Below, in pieces: positions 52,691-64,000 of a stretch of 64,000 nucleotides of DNA (positions are counted from its first letter, which is position 1; each line of letters starts with the position of its first letter). This DNA is from Dipteris shenzhenensis. Taxonomy: Eukaryota. A program made the position numbers and the translations under genes. The notes below the pieces were generated by a model. The model searched no databases, was not told the origin of the DNA, and was given only the letters and a program-made list of their open reading frames with translations. The stretch lies in assembly GCA_047967505.1 (NCBI GenBank), contig CM106538.1; one strand, given 5' to 3'.

Positions 52691-54530
52691 GTGAGAATCA
52701 GAGAGAGAGAGTGTGCAAAAGAGAGAGAGAGAGGATTAGAGAGGTGGTGTGGGAGGGGGTGGTAGAGATGGAGGGGGGAGGGGAGGGTATGGTGGAGAGG
52801 GACGGGGGAGGGGGAGGGGGAAGTGGAGATGGAGGGGGGAGGGGGAAGGGGGGGGGGATGGTGGTGGAGATGGAGGGGAGAAGGGTGGTGGAGATGGAGG
52901 GGGAAGGGGGAGGGGGAGGTGGAGATGGAGGGGGGAGGGGGAAGGGGGGGGGGATGGTGGTGGAGATGGAGGGGGTGGGGGAGGGGGAGGGGGTGGAGGA
53001 GAGGATGGTGGAGATGGAGGGGGGAGGGGGTGGTGGAGATGGAGGGGGGTAGGGGGAAGGGGGGGGGAGGGGTGGGGGGAGGGGGAAGGGGGGGGGGGGG
53101 GGGGGCAATGGTGGAGATGGAGGGGGGAGGGGGAGGGGGTGGAGGAGGGGATGGTGGAGATGGAGGGGGGAGGGGGAGGGGGTGGTGGAGATGGAGGGGG
53201 GAGGGGGGGGGGGGAATGGGTGGTGGAGATGGGAGGGGGAGGTGGAGATGGAGGTGGAGGGGGTGGTGGAAATGGAGGGGGGAGGGGGAGGGGGAGGGGG
53301 TGGTGGAAATGGAGGGGGAAAGGGAGGTGGATATGGAGGTGGAGGGGGTGGTGGAAATGGAGGGGGAGGGGGAGGTGGTGGAGATGGAGGGGGGAAGTGT
53401 TGGTAAACTGAAGAAAAAGTAGAGTGGACACAAACTCAGAATACTTGCATTATGGAATGAAGAAGAGTGAGGTCCTTAAGTAGGCACCTCATACATGCTC
53501 ACTGACATCACTGATGACTTCAGAGCTCCACAATCATCTCCTCAATCTGCTCCTAGATTCTCTCAATCATCCTATGTGGCTTTCCACCACCTAACTGTGC
53601 TTGTGGGCACCTAACTGTGCATCTAGCACTCACACATAGAAACCAAGGTGTGCCTAAGGCATACACCTTGAGATATCCCATCAAACCCCCCCTCAAGGGA
53701 ATGCCTCAGGCTATGTCAAGGATACGTCTAGTCTCATAGTTTCTCATGCCATCTCATGGTGGTCAAGGATAAATCTATGGCTAGGTTCTCATGCTAGCAA
53801 GGGTTCCCATGGGTGTAAGGTAAACAAAAAGGGATACAAAAAGACCTTCCAATGTCTGTAGGAGGTACCATGGATGAAAACATACACATGGCCTACATCA
53901 TAAGGTGACCAGAGGTGTTTACAAAGCACAATAATTTATTTCATTCATTTTGGAGGACTATCCAGGCTGAGTACCTTGACTCAACATAAAAAGAGAGATC
54001 TGGAGCATAGAGATGATTTAAAATGCATAATCTTCATGGGATGCCTCATCTTGTGGAGGCAAAATATCCATGTCAAGGCAAGGTCTTACCAGATGGGCAG
54101 TGTCTAGTGCCTTATAAGATGGTACTATGATAGAACAAGTGGATCTGAAAATCATATCCTTCAAGAGAACAATTATCTTGTCATCTCCATAGTTGTGTAG
54201 AGAAGCATATCTTAGGTATCTGACCTTCATCTTTTTCTTGTACTTGGAGTCAAATAAAAGTGCCATAAGAGGGTAGATCTCTGGCTTTGTAGTTGCTTCC
54301 TTTTTGGCAACCATTGTTTTGGCAATCTTCAACAAGGAAGTCAGGTTGGCATTTTCATCCTTTGTAGCATAACAAGACATTGCTTTATGTTTTGGCTTTT
54401 CACATATTTTGCATAAGCAAGCCATGAGAGGGTCTAACCAGATATTGAGCAGTGTCTTCTCTCTTACAGGGGCTTAGAAAAACAACTGAAATGCTTCAAA
54501 ATAAAGCATTTAATCCAATTGATCCAGATG
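52197..54530 (-). mobile_element. Probable 3' end of a minus-strand LTR element (internal ORF remnant, PPT, LTR)
   Basis: The minus strand reads TTGAGGGGGGGTT then TGATGGG (LTR start 53683), a CCTACTTAAGG TATA-like motif at ~53480, then a pyrimidine-rich leader. Confidence 0.55.
52460..53397. repeat. (GA)n microsatellite followed by a G-rich GGTGGAGATGGAGGGGG minisatellite
   Basis: Directly visible in the sequence. Confidence 0.95.
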
Positions 54531-55009
54531 GACCTAGCGAAGAAGATGAAGATCACAATATGAGCCAAGAGGAAGATGCGCATAATGACATTGTACGGGA
54601 GAAAGATGGAGATCACGATATTGAGGAATAAGATGACAATCATCAAGAATCACAAGAGTTTATTGAAGAAGATTATCCAGTCTTAAGTGAACATACAATG
54701 CCAGAGTATGATGATGATATAGGAGATCGACTCGGTATAGAGTTGGAGATGGACTTGTTTGGCATGCTAGACTTGGCTTAGGATGAAGCCATTGATGTAA
54801 ATGCTCTTCATTGATTTTTTTCATCTCAAACTTGGACATGAATATATGAGCTTCAAACTTAATGTACATGCTCTTGTACTTTTATTATTTCAAAGGATCA
54901 AACATGTATGAAAAGGAAAAAAATTTATCATTGGGAATAACTAGCTTTAAAGGTCGGTATGGGGAAAAACACTCTATAAAGCATCACTATAGAAAAGTGT
55001 CTCAGAGTA

Positions 55010-58000
55010 TGTTGAGATATCGAGCTCCACTCGCGATATGCCAGGGTGACTATTGTGCATTTGTGTCACCGACCTGTTAGCTGGAGATGTGGTTGGTACA
55101 CCGCCCATGAATAATAGCTGGATGACAGCTATCCTTATCTACTCTAGTTTGTGGCTCAGTTAGTATGCCACCTTAGTTAGTTGAGTTTGGTTTGAGACCC
55201 ACATATAGGGTTCTTCTATTTCTTTGTACTAGAGTTCTTTTGGCTTTCACAACTAAGAAGAGAAAAACTGTTTTCAGCCTCCACGTTTGTGTGTATTCCC
55301 CCATTGTGCATGTGAGAAAGCCGCAAGTGAGACTCCTTCCCTCTCTCCACAATCTTCACATGGTATCAGAGCCTTGTTCGTGGTAAGGAGCTCAAGAAAG
55401 CAAGCCAAGTTCGTGGTGTCTTGGTAAGAGGACAAGTGTTGCTTTCCTATTTCGAGTTTGGGAGCAAATCTCTACAAGTAGAACAGCTAGAAGTGCAGGA
55501 GTGCACTGTTTCAGATTGAGATGCCCTTCGCGGTGTGGCGAGAGCGCAGTATATGCTGCGGGCGAGGGCGAAGCCCTTAGTGAATTTATTTTTTTGGTTT
55601 GAGGCCATTTCGGGGCCCGTTTTTGAAGGCGGAAGTTCTTCGCAGGCACTCAGAAAAAGGCCCTGTTTTTTGCTGTGCGACCACTGCACGGCTAGTCGGT
55701 GGAAAGGTGCCACAGAAATTGCATCGTATGCCTGTGTGCAGAGATATTGGGAGTTGCAGATTCATGCCTGTTGCCTGTTGATGCAAAATCGTCACTAGGA
55801 AGTGGCTGTGTGGTGAAATACCACTTTCGTCAGTTTTGCAGATCTGCCCGTGTGAGGCAAAAGCTGTGTTTTTTGCAGTGACAGAATATTTTGCAGTGTT
55901 CTGTAATGGCATCTGATTCTCTTTCACACATTGTCACTGAAAAGCTTGACAAGAATAACTTCCAGGCATGGAAGTTTAGAATGACGAATTTCTTGATGGG
56001 AAAAGGCTATTGGGAATTCATTATAGGAAATGAAGAAGAACCTGTTCTTCCTAATGTTCCCAGTCAATAGGAAATGCAGGCATTCAAAGGATGGCATGAG
56101 AGAGCCAGGAAAGTTATGTACTGGCTGTCTATCAGTATTTTGGACTCCATGATTGTGCATATTCAGGATGCAAATACACCAAAGGAGGCATGGGATACTT
56201 TGGCAAAAATGTATAGCACAAATACGCAAGCCAGGAAAATGCAACTCAAACAGGAGTTGCACAATGTGCAGAGAGAAAATTTGAGCATAAATGACTACCA
56301 CATGAAAGTGAAGAAAATTGCAGATGCACTTGCTTCCATTGGGTCGCCAGTGGATGATGACGATTTGGTTTCTGTGACCTTGAATGGTCTAGGAAAGGAT
56401 TATGCACAATTCCGGACATCCATTGCCGTCCGTGAAAACTTTCCTGATTTTGAGGAGTTGATTGCTCTTCTAATTTCTGAAGAGCAGAGAAATGGGGGTG
56501 CATCTTCTTCAACAGGAACTTCAAAAGAAATTGTCTTCTACTCAAATGCTGGCAGAGGTAGAGGCAGAGGTAGAGGAGGCCGATCTACAGGCCGTGGTAG
56601 AAATCAGAATATGCAGCAAACGCAAGAAAACCAGTCCTATGCAGGAGGACGTGGTAACTCTAGAGGCAGGGGGAGCCAAAGAGGCCGTGGTGGATGGCAG
56701 AGAAGCCAAAATGCAAACAGCAATGTTGAATGCTACTATTGTGGCAAAATGGGTCATATGGCTAAGGATTGCTATAAAAAGCAGAATGACATTATGAGTG
56801 GAAAATTGCAGCAAGGCAATTATGCATCTTCTAGCAGGCAGGGTGATGATAGAAATGAGCATCTATTTATGGTGCAGCATATGACCAATTCTGTGACAAG
56901 TGCAGAGAAGAACAAAATGATGTGTGGTATGTTGACTCAGGTGCGTCAAACCACATGACAGGTCATGCAGAATGGATGCAAGATGCAAGGAAGATGGAAA
57001 AGCCAGGATTTGTGGAGACTGGTGATGATACTGCACATCCTATTGTGCAGATTGGCAAAATTCCTTTGTCTATGCAGGATGGGAAAAAGAAATACTTGTC
57101 TGATGTATTTCATGTCCCGAACATCACCAAGAACCTGGTTTCTGTTGGTCAGATGGTTGAGCAGGGCTTGCAGGTCAGATTTAATCCTCATGGATGCTTT
57201 GTTGAGGATATGAAAAATAATGGTCGCTTGATAGCAAAAGGAAAGAAGAAGGGCAGGATGTTTACGTTGGATGCAGACATGCCTGAATTGAGTGCAGCAA
57301 TGTTTGCACATGGGACCGGTGTAGTTGCAGATATTGATATCTGGCACAAACGCATTGGTCATGTTAATATACAACGACTTAAATCAATGCAAGCCCAAAA
57401 TATTGTTGCAGGATTGCCAAAATTCAAGGTTGCAGAAATGCACAAGATTTGTGAAGCCTGTCAATTTGGGAAACAGGCAAGGAAACCTTTTCCTAGGCAT
57501 GTTCAAGAGAGTAAAAAACCATTGGAATTAATCCACTCTGATGTGTGGACTACAAAAGCTGCATCTATTGGAGGCTGTCACTATTTTGTCACATTTATTG
57601 ATGACTTCAGCAGAAAACTGTGGGTGTATTTTATGAAAAAGAAAAGTGAAGTGTTTGGGCACTTCAAAGCTTTCAAAGCTATGGTTGAAAAAGAAACAGG
57701 CCTGCAAATAAAATGCCTAAGGTCAGATGGAGGGGGAGAGTACCTCTCAAATGAGTTTGCAAGATTCTTGCAGGAGCATGGTATAAAGCAGCAATATTCA
57801 TGCAGTCATACCCCATAGCAAAATGGAATTGCAGAAAGAAAAAACAGGCATATTGGAGAGGTGTCTCGGGCTATGCTAAATGAAAAAGATCTACCAGATT
57901 ATTATTGGGCTGAAGCAGTTGCTACAGCAGTCTATATAATGAACAGGACTCCCACTGCAGCAATACATGGCATGACGCCAGAGGAGATGTATACTGGTAG

Positions 58001-60584
58001 GAAACCAGATATTTCCCATTTGAAGATTTTTGGTTGCATTGCTTATGTCCATGTGCCAGATGAGTTGAGGTCCAAGTTGGATCCAAAAGCTGAGAAGTGC
58101 GTCTTTATTGGTTATTCTCTGCAGCAGAAAGGGTATAGATGCTATAACCCTTCTACACGTAAGTTCACAGTGAGCAGAGATGTTGTTTTTGATGAGATGA
58201 GCAGCTGGTATAAACCAGTAAATGTGATGATTGATGTAGATGCACAAAATGGTAATGCTGCACAGAATGCACAGCAGCAATCACAAAATATCAGTGGACC
58301 TGGAGTGTCCTCTACCAGTGGTTCACATACTTCGCCATGGACAGGCAGATTGAGATCAGGAGAATCCCCTCAAAGCAATGCAGATAGTGGTACGCAGGTA
58401 TCACGAAAAGGAAAAGAGAAGGTAGATCAGCCCATGTTTGATGTGAATGCAGGTCACTCTTATGTGGATGGTGAATCCAGTGGCTCAGAACAGAGCATTG
58501 ATGATGAGTTGGGTATTCCTTCTGTTGTTACACCTGGAGTAAGGAAGACCAGGGATGTTTTGAGAGCACTTGGAAGTGAGCCTATTTTGCGCAGGTCTAC
58601 CAGGGTTAGGTATCCTGTGGATAGGCTGAAATATGATGGATTTACAGCCATTCACTATGCCTATATGGTTAAAGTGATACAGGAACCAGAACCCACTTCT
58701 TTTGAGCAAGCCATGGGAAATGAAAAATGGGAGAAAGCCATGGATGAAGAAATGGATGCCTTGGATGCTAATGCTACATGGGAATTGGTGCCTTTGCCTA
58801 AAGGCAAGAATGCAATTGGCTGTAAGTGGGTTTATAAGATCAAGCACAATGCAGATGGTTCTGTGAATAGATACAAGGCAAGATTAGTTGTCAAGGGGTA
58901 TGCACAGACATATGGCATTGATTATGAAGAAACTTTCAGCCCGGTTGCAAGGATGGCAACCGTAAGAGCAGCCATTGCTATGGCTGCATCAAAGGGATGG
59001 TCTTTACATCAGATGGATGTAAAGAATGCCTTCTTGCATGGTGATTTGCAAGAAGAGGTCTTTATGGAGGAGCCAGCAGGTTATGTTCATGCTATTCATC
59101 CTGAGTTTGTTTGTAGGTTGAAGAAAGCCTTGTATGGCTTGAAGCAAGCACCTAGAGCATGGTCTGACAAGATAGGACAGTATCTTGTCACTATTGGCTT
59201 TCAGATTTCCAAGGCAGATTTCTCACTCTATGTGAGAAAAACAGAGAAAGGGATTATGCTGCTGGTCATTTATGTTGATGATTTGATCATCACAGGTGAT
59301 AGTGATGAAGATATCCTTCATGTGAAAATGCTATTGAGGCAGAAGTTTGAGATGAAGGATTTGGGAGAGCTGCGTTATTTCTTGGGCATTGAGGTGATTA
59401 GATCACCAAGTGGGATACAACTCTTGCAGAGGCAGTATGGATTGGACATGCTATCCAAATATGGGATGACAGGCTGTAAGCCTATTTCAGTTCCTTTGGA
59501 GCAGAATGTGAAGCTGAGCACAGATGCAGGTGAGCTTCTGGAAGACCCTACTATGTACAGACGCATAGTAGGAAGTTTGATTTACATGACTATTACCAGG
59601 CCAGATTTGAGCTATGCTGTTGGGTTGGTAAGTCAGTTTATGCAGGCTCCAAGGAAACCGCATTTGGATGCGGCTAGATGCATACTCAGGTATGTGAAGT
59701 CCACATTGCAGTATGGACTATTTTATGAGGCTGGGGTTCAGATACAGTTGCATGGATACATTGATGCTGATTGGGCTGGTAGCATTTCTGATAGACGATC
59801 TACCAGTGGATATGTGTTCTCTTTTGGGAGTGCTGCAGTCACTTGGAGCAGCAAGAAACAGCCTACAGTTTCCTTGTCAAGCACAGAGGCTGAGTACAGG
59901 GGTGCAGCAATGGCTGCATGTGAGGTAGCTTGGTTGCATAAGCTACTCTATGATATGCATCAGTCTACAGATGGGCCAGTTGTCATTTATTGTGACAACA
60001 TGAGTAGTATACATTTGGCAAAGAACCCAGTCTTTCATGCCAGAACAAAGCACATTGAGGTGCATTATCACTATGTGCGGGAGAAGGTTTTACTAGGTCT
60101 CATTGATCTAGTTTATGTCAGCACAGAGGATCAGGTAGCTGACATCTTCACGAAAGCATTGGGCGCAGAGAAGCTGCGCAAGTTCAGAGACCTGCTTGGT
60201 GTGCAGGAATTGGGATTGAGCTCGAGGGGGAGTGTTGAGATATCGAGCTCCACTCGCGATATGCCAGGGTGACTGTTGTGCATTTATGTCACCGACCTGT
60301 TAGCTGGAGATGCGGTTGGTACACCGCCCACGAATAATAGCTGGATGACAGCTATCCTTATCTACTCTAGTTTGTGGCTCAGTTAGTATGCCACCTTAGT
60401 TAGTTGAGTTTGGTTTGAGACCCACATATAGGGTTCTTCTATTTCTTTGTACTAGAGTTCTTTTGGCTTTCACAACTAAGAAGAGAAAAACTGTTTTCAG
60501 CCTCCACCTTTGTGTGTATTCCCCCATTGTGCATGTGAGAAAGCCGCAAGTGAGACTCCTTCCCTCTCTCCCACAATCTTCACA
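55010..60584 (+). mobile_element. Full-length Ty1/copia element B2
   Basis: LTRs at 55010-55360 and 60233-60584, with 5 substitutions and 1 indel seen. PBS TGGTATCAGAGC at 55361-55372, PPT GAGGGGGAG. TSD GAGTA/GAGTC. Confidence 0.98.
55906..60272 (+). pseudogene. Copia B2 gag-pol
   Basis: Starts MASDSLSHIVTEKLDK. TAG at ~56068 and 57816, frameshift at ~56910. All domains are present. Confidence 0.95.
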
Positions 60585-60849
60585 GAGTCGCTATATAACG
60601 ACCTTTTACAAGTCTAGCAAACATCTCTATATACCAACATTTTATAAACGTCACTATATAGCAAGACTTATAAAACGTTGGTATATAGCAACACATTTTA
60701 AAACCTGCTTTGCTTATCGACGATTAGTGTCCCATGCACGCTAAACATCGGTGCTTAACCATCAGAATAAGGCTCGTTTGTATTAGTGAAAGTGCTAAAA
60801 AGTAGTCAAGAAGATCTTTAAAATACAAGAACTCTAGCAAAGTGGTTTT

Positions 60850-61285
60850 ATTAAAAATAAAACATGTACATCTCAGAAAGTCTTGTAAAACCATCACAAT
60901 GGCCCACAAGCTGATAGGTTCTTTCCCTCATCAATTGTCAGGTTGTATCTTTGCTTCATCAACAAACAAGGGCTTCTTCCTCCTCTCATCAAGGGCCATA
61001 TCTTCCCCTCCTCAAAGGGAGCCTTTCTTTTTGTGGCTAATGAAAGTGCCAACTCTGCTTTCTCTAGATAGATAGTTATAGCTTAGGCAAGTACAGTTTG
61101 TCTATCCATCTCTTGAGCATTGGAATACAACAATCTCTTCATAAAGAGGTTGTAGGCATAAACTTCCCAAAGCAAAACACATGCTGGGGTGGCCACAGTA
61201 GGGCCATCGGATCTGGCATATTTATCATGTGTCCACGGCAGCTTGTGCATGACCGTGGGTGCCAACTCCCTTGAGTATGAATACC
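60850..61285 (-). pseudogene. Unidentified decayed exon-like segment
   Basis: A TTTTTTCATAG acceptor at ~61285 is followed by coding-like composition with stops in all frames. Confidence 0.25.
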
Positions 61286-63076
61286 TATGAAAAAATTAAA
61301 TTATGATATTAATTTAACAATATGCCATGAATAAAATTTATTCAAATTAGCATGATTGTGCTCTACACTAAAAGAGCTTCAAATATGTCTTTACACCTTG
61401 GAATTTGGGTAACACATGAAAAAGCAACATGATTTTGAAAGGAGCTTGGTTTTTTATTTAGTGTACTTTTTGTTTAAACCCCCCTCATCCAAAAGACCCC
61501 CTTCCCCCCTTGAGTCTCACACATAATGAAAAATATGTGCAAATCTTAAAATCTTTCATATTTTAAAATTTAAGCTTTTTGGTAGGGAGGACTGGAGATT
61601 GTCATATTTTTCCATTTCATATTTAAACTTTTTGTAGGAAATTCATGCATATTATATATGGAACTTGTCCCCCCATACCCCTCCCATACCCTAGATTTTG
61701 GATGAGGGTAGTAACATAATACATACTCAGTTGGTGCCATAAGGTGTATGACCCTACTGCATCATAAGGAGATACTCTAGTTTAACTATTGTAGCTATCA
61801 ATATCACAATCTCACCTTATATGTGCGGAAGCTATTTTTTAATTTCTTTTTGTCTCATCTTGAGAGTGCAAATGTTCTCTTTTCAACCCCTTCACTTGGT
61901 TCTCACTAGGTTCTCACTAGCTATTAGATTGTACCAATTATAGTCAAACCTTTTGAAATTCTTTCATATCTTAACGTAGGCCTCTCTTAAGACCACCAAA
62001 GTACTTTAGCTATTATAATGGATGAAGGACTACCTCTTATAATTTTCAAGAGCCACAGAGGGCCACAACATGCTCCTCTAAACTAGCATTGTAATTTAGC
62101 TACAAGGCATTTTGGTTACTTTCCTAATATTAAGCCTTCTAAGCACAATTGCATTAATTTCTGAAAACCCTCAGCATCAATCAATATTCGATTAGCCTTT
62201 TTCAGCATTCAATCTAATCTTGACAGCCACCATTTTAGCAATCAATATGCCAAAGTTCTCATTAGTGAGAGGTTTGTTCACATGCATTGCAAAAGTTCCA
62301 AATTTGTGCGTTAACATTTGATGATAAATGGGACATAAACAAATGAATTACACATGGACAACAGACAGTGACAAAGAACTCCAAAAGTGATAATCCATGG
62401 CTCGATTGAGTGATTGGAATCATAGAGGATACAATCAACGAAGTGGCAGGAGGCTGTGAGGGGGAAGGGAGAGGCAGAGGGGGGGATGAAGAGGAGAGCA
62501 AGGTAGCAAGTGAGGGGGAGGTGCAATGTCAAAATGAGAAAAATTTGAGCTTTGGAAGAGTCCATTGGAGACAACATGTGTAGGTAGAGGGTGGAGACAG
62601 GGGGCAGGAAGAAGAATGGGCAGCCATGTCAAATATTTTTTGTTTGTCAAGAAATTTAATCCTATAAAGTGTGCTCGTCTCACCTCTAAAATCTATAACT
62701 TACTCTAAAAGGGGTGTGCAGTGATGGTGATACACCAAAGTGGGTACACATAGATCTTCCAGGTCCCTTGCATGATACCGCTATACTTACACATTCGGAA
62801 CCAAATTCTAGCGACTTAGAAGAAGAGGCGTTGTCGTGATGTATGTTAGTGTGTCTGAGTAATGTTGCAATTCAAGGGAAACTGCAAAATTGACATTGCA
62901 ATTCACACATCTTTTTTGTCGTCAAATGAAATGTTGCAATTCGGTTAGAATTCCATTTAATATTTAAGTTGCAATTGTTCTAAAATGCAATTCTTGTTTG
63001 TAATATGCAATTCATTCCGAATCCTTTGACATGCACATCATGACATTGTAAATAGCAGGTGTTGAAGCGATGTGTG

Positions 63077-63752
63077 CTAGCCGTTGCCACTGATGAAGTT
63101 ATAAATATTTCCAAGGACACTTTGCTCAGGAAGATTAAACCCCATCAAAGTGTGTGGGAAAGAATCTGAAAGATTTATAATTTCAAGAATGGCTAATTTG
63201 TCAAGGTGAATTTGCAGTTTCTCCTGAGAGTTTCTCAAACGGTTTGTAAAACAAAACCAAAGTGTATTTACATGCCAATTCACAATAACCAACCTTTCAC
63301 CATGTAACCAATCAGACTGTAACCATGCCAATTTACATTAACCAACATTACACCAAACATGACAATAGCTTGTCATAATATTATATAAGTTCAAAGTATA
63401 CTTGAGCTAGCCACATAGAATTTGGGCAAAGTATACATTTTCTGCCACATTCGATATGAGCAAAGTATAATGAGTGCTCATTTTGCAAAATTTATAGATA
63501 CATTTGAGGTGGCAAAAAAATACAAGGGATGCCCATTTTCCAAAAATTTAAAGATCCAAAAAGATAACATCTCATACTCCTACAAAGGTATGTCAACTGG
63601 GTGGTCCACAAGAACAATTGCATCGATAGCAATTGGCTAAGAGGACAGTGAACAGGCCACATACATAGCAACACCATAAGCACGAGGGTAGCCAAGATGG
63701 AGAGCAAGATTACCAACCTAGTTATGATGGGTGTGTGTTTGAAGAATATCAA
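63077..63752 (-). pseudogene. Possible LRR receptor-like gene remnant
   Basis: A hydrophobic signal-peptide-like stretch, a frameshifted C-NWHG motif (~63330) and LRR-like spacing in LDKLAILEIINLSDSFP...NFISG. Confidence 0.25.
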
Positions 63753-64000
63753 TTTGTAAAAATTCTATGATTAAAAATGCTCAACATTTAAGAATATCGC
63801 AACATTTAAATACAGCACTAAAAGTTCTATTTTATAAAACTTAACTAAAAAAAGACAGTCATTTGCAAATAAAAAATACAACATGGAAACTTATTATAAT
63901 TTCTCAAATCATCTCCAAAATCCATTAACAAAATTGATATACATCATTACAATATATGTCATTCAACCTATATGGGAACTATAATCTCCGCAACTAAGGA

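Larger units (their letters stand above)
54530..60788 (+). mobile_element. 3' remnant of a second CACTA copy, interrupted by copia B2
   Basis: 54540-54940 aligns with 45545-45970. Subterminal repeats resume after 60584 and the terminus GTATTAGTG is at 60788. Confidence 0.8.

Noticed and set aside
52645-53433. Long poly-Pro / poly-Gly ORFs resembling extensins or glycine-rich proteins
   Set aside because: They are open in nearly all frames because the G-rich minisatellite lacks stops. There is no signal peptide or gene context.

Overview
This window is eukaryotic, almost certainly from a large land-plant genome. The TE families and the CAG->TAG decay look fern- or lycophyte-like, but that is an inference. 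No intact host gene, RNA gene or CRISPR array is visible. About 95% of the window is a nest of transposable elements. Ty1/copia elements are two copies of a Tnt1/Tork-like family A (6868-12495, 35954-47516), two copies of family B (18010-23940, 55010-60584), a near-intact relative E (29815-35292), and families C and D as fragments. Several non-chromovirus Ty3/gypsy remnants are present, one with a long extra ORF downstream of pol. There is one CACTA/EnSpm element with both ends and a TCC TSD (38658-46170). It carries a divergently transcribed TnpA-like gene, an internal satellite, and a perfect 284-bp palindrome at the point where its transposase is truncated. A second CACTA 3' remnant and two copies of a ~450-bp MITE with unusual CCCGGGGGATTCAC TIRs and 8-bp TSDs are also present. 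The most unexpected item is a decayed gene of about 785 codons (12941-15296, minus strand) that matches no TE core protein and carries a ParB/Sulfiredoxin (DGQHR-like) motif set. Many elements are fused by deletions, two of them with templated filler DNA.
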